Of a stretch of 64,000 nucleotides of DNA, positions 38,511-48,400 are shown in pieces. The translations under genes were made by a program, and so were the position numbers. The DNA lies in contig OZ240219.1 in NCBI GenBank assembly GCA_965197645.1, positions 480,001 to 544,000 of the forward strand. The letters run 5' to 3'. How positions within the stretch are numbered: the first letter of the stretch is position 1; the number at the start of each line of letters is the position of its first letter. The stretch comes from Dehalococcoidia bacterium (GTDB lineage Bacteria > Chloroflexota > Dehalococcoidia > Plut-88900). The notes below the pieces were generated by a model, which saw only the letters and a program-made list of their open reading frames with translations, did not search any database and was not told the DNA's origin.

Positions 38511-39461
38511 ATGGCAACCGTCAACTCCGTGCTCGGACCCATCGACACCGCGGACATGGGCTTCACCCTGTCCCACGAACACGTCCTCGTCGGTTCAGCC
38601 GGCATTCAGTACGTCTACCCCGAGTTCATAGCACGGGACGCCATAATCGAAAGGGGAATTCGGGACTTGAAGGAGGCCTACGACGAGGGCCTGCGCACAA
38701 TCATCGACGTGACCACCATCGATCTCGGTCGGGACATCCGCCTGCTTGAGGAGGTCTCCCGGGGCTCCGGCGTCCAGATCATCTGCGCCACCGGCACCTG
38801 GCGAGACATCCCCAGAGTCTTCTGGAGCGCCGACCCCGACGACATCGCTCCTCTGTACATCCGGGAGATCGAGGAGGGGGTCGAAGGCACGGGAATCAAG
38901 GCCGGCGTCATCAAGGTGGCCAACGACGTGGGTGGCGTCACCCCCGAGGGCGAGATAATCCTGCGGGCGGCAGCCCGTGCCCATAAGGCAACGGGCGCTC
39001 CCATATCAACTCACACCTGGGCGCCTGAACGCGTGGGTGAGCAGCAGGTGCGCATCTTCGAGGACGAGGGCGTCGATCTCACGAGGGTATATGTCGGTCA
39101 CAGCAACGACACCACCGACACCGATTACCTCATCGGCCTGCTGGAGAAGGGGGTCTGGATCGGACTGGACCGCTACCCCGGGGGCTGGGACGAAGTCACT
39201 CCCGATTGGAAGGGCAGGACGGAAACAGCCAAGAAGCTCATCGATGCCGGCTTCGCCCACAAGATCATGCTCAGCCACGACTGGGCCATCCCCGAGACAT
39301 GGACCAGCCAGGAGGCCCAGCAGATGCAGGACATCAATCCCCACGGCTACCTGTTCATCTCCAGGGTGGTCCTGCCCGCTCTCAGCGAGATGGGCGTCCC
39401 TGACGAGACCATCAAACAGATCATGGAGGAGAACTCCGGGCGCTTCATGGCAGGCGCTTAG
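38511..39461 (+). CDS. phosphotriesterase-family lactonase/hydrolase
   Basis: TLSHEH, GRDI, GVIKVA, STHT, GHS, LSHD. Confidence 0.9.
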   Translation: MATVNSVLGPIDTADMGFTLSHEHVLVGSAGIQYVYPEFIARDAIIERGIRDLKEAYDEGLRTIIDVTTIDLGRDIRLLEEVSRGSGVQIICATGTWRDIPRVFWSADPDDIAPLYIREIEEGVEGTGIKAGVIKVANDVGGVTPEGEIILRAAARAHKATGAPISTHTWAPERVGEQQVRIFEDEGVDLTRVYVGHSNDTTDTDYLIGLLEKGVWIGLDRYPGGWDEVTPDWKGRTETAKKLIDAGFAHKIMLSHDWAIPETWTSQEAQQMQDINPHGYLFISRVVLPALSEMGVPDETIKQIMEENSGRFMAGA

Positions 39462-39473
39462 AAAGCCGGGAGT

Positions 39474-40727
39474 ATGGTACAGACCTCATACCAGGGATTC
39501 GTAAACGCCCACACCCATAGCAACTCCATCCCCTACAAGGGCGCCAGCGCATCCACCCCCTTCGAGCTGTGGCTAACGAACAGGCTGTCGACGCGGATCG
39601 GTGCAATGACCCCCGAGGAACAGGCAGCCTGTGCACTGGTGTGCGGCCTGGAGAACCTGGAGGCTGGCGCCGTAGGCGTGATGGACCACATCTACTGCGA
39701 CCTGACCGAGGAGCACGTCCACGGCGTAGCCGAGGCCTACGAAGCCCTGAGCATGCGGGCCTGGGTGTTCCCAAATATCGATGATCTGCCCATGCTCTGC
39801 TATACCAAAGAGGCCTACCCCAACTATCCGAATGCCATTCCCCTGGACGAGCTGCCCGAGGAGATTCGCACGGCGATGCAGCCGCGCCCTTTCGAAGACC
39901 GGGTGGGAAAATCGAAGGAGCTTATCAAGAACTGGAAGGGCCGCAGGGTCCAGATGGGCTTTGCCCTAGGCAACCCCGTCTGGTGCAGCGATGAGTTGCT
40001 GCAGTCCGCCTCCGAAGCGCTCAGGGAGCTGGATGTTCCGCTGGAGGTACACGCCGAAGAGTCTCCGGTGCAGCGAGAGGTCTCGCTGGCCCAGTGGGGC
40101 ATGAGCGGCGTCCAGCGGCTGGACAAGTACGGCCTCCTCTCGCCCAGGACTATCGTCGCCCACTGCGTCCAGGCCAGTGACGAGGACATCGCCATACTGG
40201 GCGATCGGGGCTGCTCCGTGTCTCACAACCCGCTGAGCAACCTCAAGCTTCACAACGGCATCGGCCCCGTGGGCAAGCTGCTGAAGGCCGGAGTCAACGT
40301 CTGCCTCGGCAGCGACGGCCCCAACGCATGCGACGAGCAAAGCCTGTTCCCGGTCATGCGCATCACCGCCGCATTGGCCCGCCTCAACGGAATCCAGGAC
40401 CGCACCGATTACATCGAGTCCCAGGTCGTTCACCTGGCATCCAGCCACGGCCACCGCCTCTGGTTCCCCGGTTCGATATCCGACGACCAGGTCGAGTACG
40501 GTCAGCCGGTGGACCCAATCCGGCTGGTGTGGACGGACATGGCCGCCTCCATTAGCGAGGTGTACGTCGAGGGGCAGCCCATCCTCGAGCAGGCCAGGGC
40601 GGTGGTTGAAGAGAGCGGGGCACGGGAGCAGGTAGCCCGGCTGGCCGAGCCTCCCGATGATACCGAGTCCTCCACCATTTCCCAGCAGCTACAGTCCCTA
40701 CTCAAGAGGTACGCCCGGTCGATATGA
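39474..40727 (+). CDS. amidohydrolase (MTA/SAH deaminase-AtzA-like), short N-terminus
   Basis: GFVNAHTH, HAEES, AHCV, HNPLSN, GSDG. Confidence 0.85.
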   Translation: MVQTSYQGFVNAHTHSNSIPYKGASASTPFELWLTNRLSTRIGAMTPEEQAACALVCGLENLEAGAVGVMDHIYCDLTEEHVHGVAEAYEALSMRAWVFPNIDDLPMLCYTKEAYPNYPNAIPLDELPEEIRTAMQPRPFEDRVGKSKELIKNWKGRRVQMGFALGNPVWCSDELLQSASEALRELDVPLEVHAEESPVQREVSLAQWGMSGVQRLDKYGLLSPRTIVAHCVQASDEDIAILGDRGCSVSHNPLSNLKLHNGIGPVGKLLKAGVNVCLGSDGPNACDEQSLFPVMRITAALARLNGIQDRTDYIESQVVHLASSHGHRLWFPGSISDDQVEYGQPVDPIRLVWTDMAASISEVYVEGQPILEQARAVVEESGAREQVARLAEPPDDTESSTISQQLQSLLKRYARSI

Positions 40728-41074
40728 AGTGGACCCTCTACTACGATGGCGGATGCGGACTTTGCACCAGGACCATCGGATGGCTCTCCAGGCTGGACCT
40801 GTTTGGCAGCATCGTCTGGGTTCCCAGTCAATCGCTCAGCGAGCCGCCGGGCGGGTTGTCTTTCAAGGACTTGGAGCGGTCCACCTACCTGGAAACCGGC
40901 AACGGCCGCCTGCACGAGGGTTTCTATGCCATCAGGATGCTCACCCTCCGGCTCCTTCCGTTGATGCCGCTGGCCCCCCTCCTATGGCTCCCTGGCATAC
41001 ACCTTCTGGGAGTCCCCGCCTACCGATGGGTGGCCAGGAACCGCCGCTCCACTTCCTGCCTCCCGACGACATGA
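40724..41074 (+). CDS. DCC (DUF393) thiol-disulfide oxidoreductase family
   Basis: YDGGCGLC, YRWVARNR. Confidence 0.85.
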   Translation: MKWTLYYDGGCGLCTRTIGWLSRLDLFGSIVWVPSQSLSEPPGGLSFKDLERSTYLETGNGRLHEGFYAIRMLTLRLLPLMPLAPLLWLPGIHLLGVPAYRWVARNRRSTSCLPTT

Positions 41075-41237
41075 GCCGGACCAAGAAGGGCCGTTGATTT
41101 TTACTGGCGCCCCATACGTGGTGTAAGATAGTGGTAGACCTGATGGGGCTGGCGAAGCAGATATCCACGGTAGTCTACGGTTGTACTTGGATCCTTGTAA
41201 CCGCGGTTCGAGTTTATCAGGGTGAGGTAAGTTTACG

Positions 41238-41936
41238 ATGTCCGCTTTAGCTGTAGACCGGCAGAAACAACCCTGGTTCCGCCGACTATTCCTGCCATCT
41301 TACAAGATATCCGAAGTCGCGCTGTATACCGGCGCTCATTCGAACACCATAGCGAATTGGCATTATCGGGGCAAACCGGTTTTGCCAGGGCGGGAACCCA
41401 AGAAACCCTTAAATTATCTGGAGTTGGTCGAGGTCGCTTTCGTCGCCTTTTTCCGGTCGCTAGGGTTGTCAATGAAGAGAATCCGGGCAGCGCGTGATTA
41501 TGTTGCGCAGAATTTCACGGCTGAATACCCGTTGGCGGAGAATCGGTTCAAGACCGAAGGTATGTACATCTTGATGGAATACCATAAGGTAGATCCCGAT
41601 CCACGGCTTGGGCAGATTATTGTTGCAGACCAGGGAGGACAACTGGCGTGGGCCGATTTCCTTGGGGACAAGTTTGAGTGCTTCGACTATGAATATGAGC
41701 TTGCCTTACGTTGGCATCCAGCAGGGAGGGATAGCCTTGTGGTGATCGACCCTCGGGTTTCATTCGGTGCCCCCATCGTCTACGGGCTCCCGACCTGGGT
41801 GGTCAAGGGTCGATGGAACGCCGGTGAATCGATAGATGAAATCTCTTATGACTTCGAGATTCCAAAAGAAGCCGTACAGGATGCGCTGGCTTTCGAGCGG
41901 GTTCCGATCAACAACGGAGATTCATCAACATTTTGA
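41238..41936 (+). CDS. VapB45-like antitoxin (HTH + DUF433)
   Basis: YKISEVALY..W HTH, LNYLELVE, IDPRVSFGAP..GESIDEI..DF..AVQDALAFE. Confidence 0.8.
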   Translation: MSALAVDRQKQPWFRRLFLPSYKISEVALYTGAHSNTIANWHYRGKPVLPGREPKKPLNYLELVEVAFVAFFRSLGLSMKRIRAARDYVAQNFTAEYPLAENRFKTEGMYILMEYHKVDPDPRLGQIIVADQGGQLAWADFLGDKFECFDYEYELALRWHPAGRDSLVVIDPRVSFGAPIVYGLPTWVVKGRWNAGESIDEISYDFEIPKEAVQDALAFERVPINNGDSSTF

Positions 41937-42343
41937 CGTTGTTTTGGGACAAGAACACCCCCAAGACTATCCCCCAGGTATTACTGAAGTTGAACCTTCC
42001 TATAGGTATCGAGCATTATCTCAAGCACTTTCCCCGTAGTGATTTCGAGCGTGAAAGAGGTGATGACAAATGGTTTTCTCAAGTTGCTGCTTGGGGATGG
42101 ACGACTATTGTCAGCCAGGATTACAACTTCCACACCAAACAGAATGAAAGATTCGCCTTGCGGCAGCATAACTTGGGATGCTTCTATCTTTGGGGCGCCA
42201 CAGAACCCAAGTGGGAAATACTTCGGTGCTTTGCACGAGCTTATGACAAGATTGTGAAAGCAGCGGAAACTACTCCTCGTCCCTTTGTTTTCCGGGTTAC
42301 CCGCATGGGCAACCTAGTACCAGTGGTGATCCCGGGACCGTAG
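41933..42343 (+). CDS. VapC45-like PIN toxin
   Basis: FWDKN, DDKWF...GWTTIVSQD..ERFAL; overlaps the antitoxin stop (TTGA). Confidence 0.75.
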   Translation: MTLFWDKNTPKTIPQVLLKLNLPIGIEHYLKHFPRSDFERERGDDKWFSQVAAWGWTTIVSQDYNFHTKQNERFALRQHNLGCFYLWGATEPKWEILRCFARAYDKIVKAAETTPRPFVFRVTRMGNLVPVVIPGP

Positions 42344-42468
42344 GTGCGCAAAACAGCCTATTGCCATACATGAACAGAACAGGACTTTCAACCTGGGGAA
42401 CTTTCAGGTGTTGACCAGATAGGACGACATCGACGGAAGCTCCCCAATCTCCTAAGGAGGCTTTGCAA

Positions 42469-43758
42469 ATGGACAAACAAGCGGACGTAGCAGTGATCGG
42501 CGGAGGTATCGCGGGCAGTGCCATCGCCTACCACCTGGCCAAACGTGATGCCAAGGTGGTTCTCCTCGAAAAGGGCCAGATCGGCGATGAGCAGTCCGGC
42601 CGGGCCTGGGGCTTCGTTCGCCAGCAGGGTCGCAGCCCGCGGGAACTGCACCTGATGATGGAGTGCAACAAGATGTGGCAGACCCTCTCCGAGGAGCTGA
42701 ATGCCGACATCGAGTGGGTGCAAGGCGGCAACCTGGCTGTCGCCTACGACGAGACCAGGATGGGGGAGCTGGAGGAGTGGTGCCGGATGGGTCAGGAGCA
42801 CGGCCTCGAAGTCGAGATGCTGACGGGCCAGCAGGTCCACGACATGGTCCCCCAGGCCAGCGGCGTCTTCGCCGGAGGCATGTACACCCCGTCCGATGGC
42901 CATGCCGAGCCTATCAAAGCCACCACGGCCCTCGCCAGGGCTGCCCAGGAGAACGGCGCCGAAGTTATCACCAACTGCGCCGTGGAGGGCATCGAGACCA
43001 GAAACGGCGAGGTCACGGGAGTGGTCACCGAACAGGGGTTGGTGAGGGCGCCTGTCGTTGTGTGTGCGGCCGGGGCATGGTCGCCCAAAGTGGCGAGAAT
43101 GGTCGGCCTCTCCCTGCCCTATCGAGTGGTCAGGGCTACCGTCACCGAGACCACCCCCACGGACCCGATCAGCGACGTAGGCTATTGGGCCCCCGGCCTA
43201 TCCTTCCGCCAGCGACCCAACGGCAGTCTGTACGTGGCCTCCGCCGCCCGGTCCGACTACGACGTGGACCTGGAGTCCTTCCGGGACATTGGCATGTTCT
43301 TGCCCAACTTCCTCAAGAACAGGCAGCATTTCAAGATAAACGTCGGCAATGAGCTGGTGCAGGACGTCCTTCGCTCCATGCCCTGGTCCCCGTCCAAAAA
43401 ACACCCGTTCGCCCACACGGTCGGGGTCGAGCCAACGCCGAATCAGAGCACCGTAACCACGACCATGCGAAGGTTCCACAAGCTGTTCCCCTCGCTGGAG
43501 TCCGTAGGCGTCCAGAGGATCTGGGCGGGAAGGATCGATGCCACCGCCGACGCCGTACCCATCATGGGCGAAGTCAACACGCCCAAGGGGTTCATCTTCG
43601 CCACCGGGTTCAGCGGACACGGCTTCGCCATGGGGCCGATAGTCGGAAAGGTCACCTCGGAGCTGATCCTGGATGGCAAGTCCTCGCTGGACCTCCATCC
43701 CCTGCGCTACAGTCGGTTCAAAGAGGGCGATATGGACCAACCCAAGGCCGTCCTCTAG
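42469..43758 (+). CDS. FAD-dependent oxidoreductase (DAO/sarcosine oxidase beta-like)
   Basis: VIGGGIAG, EQSGRAWG, WAGRID, TGFSGHGFAMGP. Confidence 0.92.
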   Translation: MDKQADVAVIGGGIAGSAIAYHLAKRDAKVVLLEKGQIGDEQSGRAWGFVRQQGRSPRELHLMMECNKMWQTLSEELNADIEWVQGGNLAVAYDETRMGELEEWCRMGQEHGLEVEMLTGQQVHDMVPQASGVFAGGMYTPSDGHAEPIKATTALARAAQENGAEVITNCAVEGIETRNGEVTGVVTEQGLVRAPVVVCAAGAWSPKVARMVGLSLPYRVVRATVTETTPTDPISDVGYWAPGLSFRQRPNGSLYVASAARSDYDVDLESFRDIGMFLPNFLKNRQHFKINVGNELVQDVLRSMPWSPSKKHPFAHTVGVEPTPNQSTVTTTMRRFHKLFPSLESVGVQRIWAGRIDATADAVPIMGEVNTPKGFIFATGFSGHGFAMGPIVGKVTSELILDGKSSLDLHPLRYSRFKEGDMDQPKAVL

Positions 43759-43889
43759 CCAGGCTTCTGCCCGTCATACTCCTTGGGCGTAGTCCAATCC
43801 GACGTGGCCGTCTGTCTCGAGCCGGTCGTACTCCTCCTCGGAGACGCCCAACAGCTCCTTGTACACATAGGGGTTGTGCTCACCCAGGC
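43507..43889 (+). repeat. 383-bp direct repeat, copy 1
   Basis: aligns with 45241-45623 at offset 1734. Confidence 0.92.
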
Positions 43890-44034
43890 TACGTTGGCTT
43901 AGAGGAATGCTTACCGCAGTTTAGGGGCATGCTTACCGTCTCGCCGAGATGCACCCACGTGACCTCCCGCCTGCATTGGCCACATACGAAGAGCGGTATA
44001 CCCTCGAAAGTACGATCCGAAAACTCGACTTGTG

Positions 44035-44304
44035 TCACGATGTGCAGGGGGTGTTTGGCCATTTCAGCACAACTCCTTTAGGGCCGCGTTGCTCGGGTAG
44101 GGCATACCGCCCCTCTACAATCCGTATTAGTTGACCTGCGTCTGTCATGTCAGAAGCAATACCGCGGACCGTGTGTTTGAACCGTACCGCCCTCCATGAG
44201 GACTTGCGCTGGGCTCTCTCGGAAAGGTCTATCATTGCTGCAATCTAGCCATCAATATCTGCCGGGGTCCGCCTCTCCGCCTGGGGCCAGAGTGCATTTT
44301 TCAT
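44035..44304 (-). pseudogene. possible decayed winged-helix (Mrr N-terminal-like) gene with in-frame TAG
   Basis: ATG 44304 in frame with ORF 44035-44235 across one TAG; IAAMIDLSE..RFKHTVR..MTDAGQL..EGRYAL loosely resembles Mrr_N. Confidence 0.3.
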
Positions 44305-44370
44305 GGCTTGACGCCAAAAGCCCGCCAGGCTTCGATTAGGCATCGATCAAGGCCTTCATGGGTGACACTT

Positions 44371-45171
44371 CTAACGGCACTCGGAGAAGTTCTGAGTCGC
44401 AAACACCGTCTCGTGTATCCACTTTCCTTCTTGAGACTCTTGAATGGCAATGCCAACTCCGATTCTACGGGCGAAAGGATCCAAGATGTTCTCTTTGTGC
44501 CCCGGGCTGTTCATCCATCCTTCGACCAAACCTTGTGCTAGGGTCTGTGAATCCTCGATATACTCTGCGGGCTTCCCAGTGTCCCAACTGCTTATCAGCC
44601 TGGGGAATTCATAGATATTCTCACTCAATCCGTACGTATAGGAACCGTCGGAGCGTTGGGCTTCGCAAGTGTACCCTGCGTCAAGTGCCCGGTCAGTCGG
44701 GTCCTTTCCCTGAATCTCGTGAAACATTCCGAACTGGACCATGTTCTCGCTGTGCCCCGTTGCTATGGCACCAATCGCGGGATCGTGGATCAGTTCGGGC
44801 ATATTAGCTGCCTTCCGTTCCTTGTTCGTATAATGCATGACCCATGTGGCGATCTCTCCCGCTTTCAACGGTTCGTCACCAGGGTATCGGATGATCTGTT
44901 CACGGTCCGATTCCGGTATCCCAAACCATACCACTGCCCCCACAATACCGGCTAGGAGAACCGCCATCAGTAAGAAAAGTGAGGTTGGGAACCCGGACTT
45001 TGACCGGTTTATAGGCTGCGGCCGACGCCGGGGATTTCGGGAAGGCGGAGAAGGTTGCGGGGAAAGTTCTGCTCCCGCTTTCACCATAGACAGTCGCCGT
45101 TGCGTACATTCCTGACAGGTGCAGTAAGGAGGGTGTTCGTCACGGTTCCACTCGTCTGCTCGCCTAGTCAA
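44371..45171 (-). CDS. membrane-anchored CAP (SCP-like) domain protein
   Basis: TNKER, IATGHSENM, SENI, GWMNSPGHKENIL, IGVG, ATQNF; one TM helix; N-terminal HPPYCTCQEC. Confidence 0.88.
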   Translation of the reverse strand: MTRRADEWNRDEHPPYCTCQECTQRRLSMVKAGAELSPQPSPPSRNPRRRPQPINRSKSGFPTSLFLLMAVLLAGIVGAVVWFGIPESDREQIIRYPGDEPLKAGEIATWVMHYTNKERKAANMPELIHDPAIGAIATGHSENMVQFGMFHEIQGKDPTDRALDAGYTCEAQRSDGSYTYGLSENIYEFPRLISSWDTGKPAEYIEDSQTLAQGLVEGWMNSPGHKENILDPFARRIGVGIAIQESQEGKWIHETVFATQNFSECR

Positions 45172-45240
45172 ATCCCTCCCTCGATGAATCTATGCTGGAG
45201 GTGGGATTGTACACCATCAATTCGAGGACTTCAAAACGTG

Positions 45241-45623
45241 GGCGTCCAGAGGATCTGGGCGGGAAGGATCGATGCCACCGCCGACGCCGTACCCATCATG
45301 GGCGAAGTCAACACGCCCAAGGGGTTCATCTTCGCCACCGGGTTCAGCGGACACGGCTTCGCCATGGGGCCGATAGTCGGAAAGGTCACCTCGGAGCTGA
45401 TCCTGGATGGCAAGTCCTCGCTGGACCTCCATCCCCTGCGCTACAGTCGGTTCAAAGAGGGCGATATGGACCAGCCCAAAGCCGTCCTCTAGCTGGGCTC
45501 CTGCCTGTTACACGCCCTGCGCGTAGTCGAATCCGACGTGCCCGTCTGTCTCGAGCCGGTCGTACTCCTCCTCGGAGACGCCCAACAGCTCCTTGTACAC
45601 ATAGGGGTTGTGCTCACCCAGGC
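45241..45623 (+). repeat. 383-bp direct repeat, copy 2 (includes orphan 3' fragment of the FAD oxidoreductase)
   Basis: aligns with 43507-43889. Confidence 0.92.
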
Positions 45624-46821
45624 ACGGCGCCGGATATCGGATGGTGGCATCGGCTCGACCGATCCGCCCTATCACACCGGGGTACCTGTAGGTGCCAGCC
45701 TCCCGATGAGTCACTTCCTGGAAGAAGCCCAGGGCCTCCAGCTGAGGGTCCGCCGATGTTTCGGCCTCATCCATTACGACCCCTGCCGCCACTCCCTCGC
45801 TCTGAAGCGCGTCCATCACCTCCCATGCGTCCCGTACAGCCGTCCACTGCTCGATGTGCCGGTCCAGCTCGTCCTGGTTCCGCCACCGGCTGAGCACGTT
45901 GTCGAACCGGGCGTCGGCGGCCCATTCAGGGTCGCACATGACGCGCCTGAGGCGCTCCCAGTCCTCATCCGAGGAGACGGAGATCGTGACCCATCTGTCG
46001 TCCCCCTTGCACCGGTAGCACCCCTGGGGCGCCATCGAAGTATCCCTGTTGCCCATCGCTGCCTGCACCCGCCCGTTCATCGTGTAGTCCAAGGTCATCT
46101 CGCTCAGGAGGGGAATCAGTCCCTCGGCGAGCGCCACGTCGATCAGCTGGCCCTGGCCGGTTATGTCCCGATGCCTGAGGGCCGCCACCGTCGAAAACGC
46201 GGCAGTTACACCTCCCATGGCATCCGAGGGGTACACGTCCTCTTTCATCGATTGGTCCACGTCCTCGTAACCCCGGACCCAGGTGTGTCCTATCAACCCC
46301 TCGATGTGGGATCCCCAGGCCCGGTAGCTACTGTAAGGCCCGGTCAGCCCGTAGGCCGGCATTCTGACCATTATCAGGTCAGGCCTGATCTTCGCCAGCG
46401 CGTCGTACCCCAGCCCGAGCCTGTCCATCAGGTCCGAGGAGTTGTTCTCGATCACTACGTCGGACACCTGCACCAGCTCTTTGAAACAGGCCGCTCCCTC
46501 GGGCCGTCTCAGATCGACCGTCACCCCCAGTCTGTTTCGACTGAAGCTGTTGAACAGTGCCGTACGGTTGTAGGGCCGCTCTCCCGGTTCCCACCCGGGA
46601 TAGGCCCACGACCAGATGCGCTGGTCATCCGGTACCGTCTTCGGATGGGGCGTCATACCCCTGTGGCCGGGATGAAAGAGCTGCCTTGATTCGACCAAGA
46701 TAACCTCGGCGCCCCAGTCGGCCAGCAGCAACGCGCCGTAAGGTCCAGCCCATGCCTGCGTCAGATCGATTACCCTGATTCCGCTCAGGGGCAACACGTC
46801 GCTCTCTCCCTTCGATGTCAT
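45508..46821 (-). CDS. class III CoA-transferase, Asp-containing subunit
   Basis: IDLTQAWAGP, GAEVILVES, YPSDAMGG, APCLGEHN. Confidence 0.9.
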   Translation of the reverse strand: MTSKGESDVLPLSGIRVIDLTQAWAGPYGALLLADWGAEVILVESRQLFHPGHRGMTPHPKTVPDDQRIWSWAYPGWEPGERPYNRTALFNSFSRNRLGVTVDLRRPEGAACFKELVQVSDVVIENNSSDLMDRLGLGYDALAKIRPDLIMVRMPAYGLTGPYSSYRAWGSHIEGLIGHTWVRGYEDVDQSMKEDVYPSDAMGGVTAAFSTVAALRHRDITGQGQLIDVALAEGLIPLLSEMTLDYTMNGRVQAAMGNRDTSMAPQGCYRCKGDDRWVTISVSSDEDWERLRRVMCDPEWAADARFDNVLSRWRNQDELDRHIEQWTAVRDAWEVMDALQSEGVAAGVVMDEAETSADPQLEALGFFQEVTHREAGTYRYPGVIGRIGRADATIRYPAPCLGEHNPYVYKELLGVSEEEYDRLETDGHVGFDYAQGV

Positions 46822-46824
46822 TTT

Positions 46825-48060
46825 CTAGATCACCCCGGTCTGCCGCAGCCGCTGCAGCTCCTTGGTACTAAACCCCAACACGCCGCAGTAGACCTCCCGG
46901 TTGTGCTGTCCCAGCGTCGGCGCCGGGCGGCTCACCTGCCACGGAGTCCCACTCATGATTCCCGGCCTGCCCGGCTGCCTCACCGGACCAGTAACCGGAT
47001 GCTCCACGTCGACCCATACCGAGCGGGCCCGGGTATGAGGATTCTCCACGCTGTCCGCCGGTGTGTTGATGGGGCCGGACAACAGTTTGTTGGCGTTGGC
47101 CGCCGCCACCACTTCCGACGTCGGGCGGCTCAACACCCACTCCAACACGTATTGCTGGAGAAGGAGCATGTTCTCGTCCCTGTATCTCTTGTCGGGGTCG
47201 TTGAACCTGGGGTCCGCCTTCAACTCGGGACGGCCTATCATGTCCAGGATCCCTTGACGCCTGCCGCCATAGGACGGGTTGAGCATGTTCACGTAACCAT
47301 CCGCGGTGGGGTAGATACCGACACCGAAGGTATAGCTAGGCGGCTGTCTGCGCGATGTCTCGCCCGTATATGCATATGCGCCCAGCATAGGCATCCACCT
47401 GTCGATGCTTCCGGCCTGGGTCTCCATAATCGATACGTCGACGTGCCGGCCTGCGTCGCGCCCTCCCAGACCGGCCAGCGCCACCGAAGTGAGCAACGCC
47501 GCCACCGCGCCCGTCTGGTAGAGGACTATGCGGCCGCCCATCTTGACCGGCGATCTGTCGGGGTGCCCCGTGACCCGGAGGGGCCCGCCCATGCCAAAGC
47601 TCACCAACTCCGACGATCTGTAGTCCCGGTAAGGCCCCTTCCGGCCGAAGTTGCTCACGGATGTCATCACTAGGCCCGGACTGATCTCTTTCAGGGCGTC
47701 GTACTCAATGCCCAGCCTCTCCATCACGCCGGGCCTGAAATTCTCCACCACCACGTCTGCACCGCTTACCATGCCCTTGAGTATGTCCACGCCCATCGAG
47801 GACTTGAGGTTCAGGGTGACACCCCTCTTGTCGGCGTTCAGGTAGCCGAACAGCCCGCTCTTTTCGGGGTGAGCGTCGTCCCGATGGAAAGGGCCGAGCC
47901 GTCTGGCCGGGTCTCCGCCCCAGGGCCGTTCCACCTTGATCACATCGGCGCCCATGCCGGCCAGCATCCGGGTGCAGAACGGACCTGCTTGATGATGGGT
48001 GAGGTCTACGACCATTATGTCGGAGTAGGGACGACTTACTGGAGGAAGCATCGCTTGCAA
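46825..48060 (-). CDS. class III CoA-transferase, Asp-less subunit
   Basis: GADVIKVE, NADKRG, ENFRPG, IVLYQTG at the catalytic Asp position, APTLGQHN; AGGAG SD before TTG. Confidence 0.9.
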   Translation of the reverse strand: MQAMLPPVSRPYSDIMVVDLTHHQAGPFCTRMLAGMGADVIKVERPWGGDPARRLGPFHRDDAHPEKSGLFGYLNADKRGVTLNLKSSMGVDILKGMVSGADVVVENFRPGVMERLGIEYDALKEISPGLVMTSVSNFGRKGPYRDYRSSELVSFGMGGPLRVTGHPDRSPVKMGGRIVLYQTGAVAALLTSVALAGLGGRDAGRHVDVSIMETQAGSIDRWMPMLGAYAYTGETSRRQPPSYTFGVGIYPTADGYVNMLNPSYGGRRQGILDMIGRPELKADPRFNDPDKRYRDENMLLLQQYVLEWVLSRPTSEVVAAANANKLLSGPINTPADSVENPHTRARSVWVDVEHPVTGPVRQPGRPGIMSGTPWQVSRPAPTLGQHNREVYCGVLGFSTKELQRLRQTGVI

Positions 48061-48068
48061 GCGGCTCC

Positions 48069-48116
48069 TGTCCCCGCCTTCTAGTACAGCTGCCCGATGA
48101 GTTGGGTGTTGCCCAT
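48069..48116 (+). repeat. 48-bp direct repeat, copy 1 (orphan 3' end of GrdE-like gene)
   Basis: matches 49579-49626 with 4 mismatches. Confidence 0.85.
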
Positions 48117-48143
48117 GTACACTCTCGACATACCGATGGAGGG

Positions 48144-48344
48144 TTAGTCTTCCTTAGCGTTGTACCGAGAGTCGGAGTCGTCTGGGGACATGGTGGTAAT
48201 CTTGATGGCATCGATGATTGCCCACACGCCAAGCCCACCAATGGTGAGCACCTTTGCGATGCCCTTCCCCGGCTGACCCAAGTAGAATTCGAGTGCGGGC
48301 CAGAAGATCCACGCCAAGACGATTGCGGTCGTCCTATTCTTCAT
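48144..48344 (-). CDS. TM2-domain small membrane protein
   Basis: KNRTTAIVLA..FYLG..GKGI..LTIGGLGVWAIID; GAGGAGG SD. Confidence 0.85.
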   Translation of the reverse strand: MKNRTTAIVLAWIFWPALEFYLGQPGKGIAKVLTIGGLGVWAIIDAIKITTMSPDDSDSRYNAKED

Positions 48345-48400
48345 CGTGATTCCTCCTCAGCCTTGCTAAATTCTGAATTTTGGTCGGCACCTATTTGTTA

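Noticed and set aside
41064-42437. GACGACAT on both sides of the TA module as a target duplication
   Set aside because: An 8-bp match is too short to distinguish from chance
45055-45492. 145-aa ORF resembling a second FAD oxidoreductase
   Set aside because: Only the duplicated C-terminal fragment joined to unrelated sequence; no FAD-binding N-terminus
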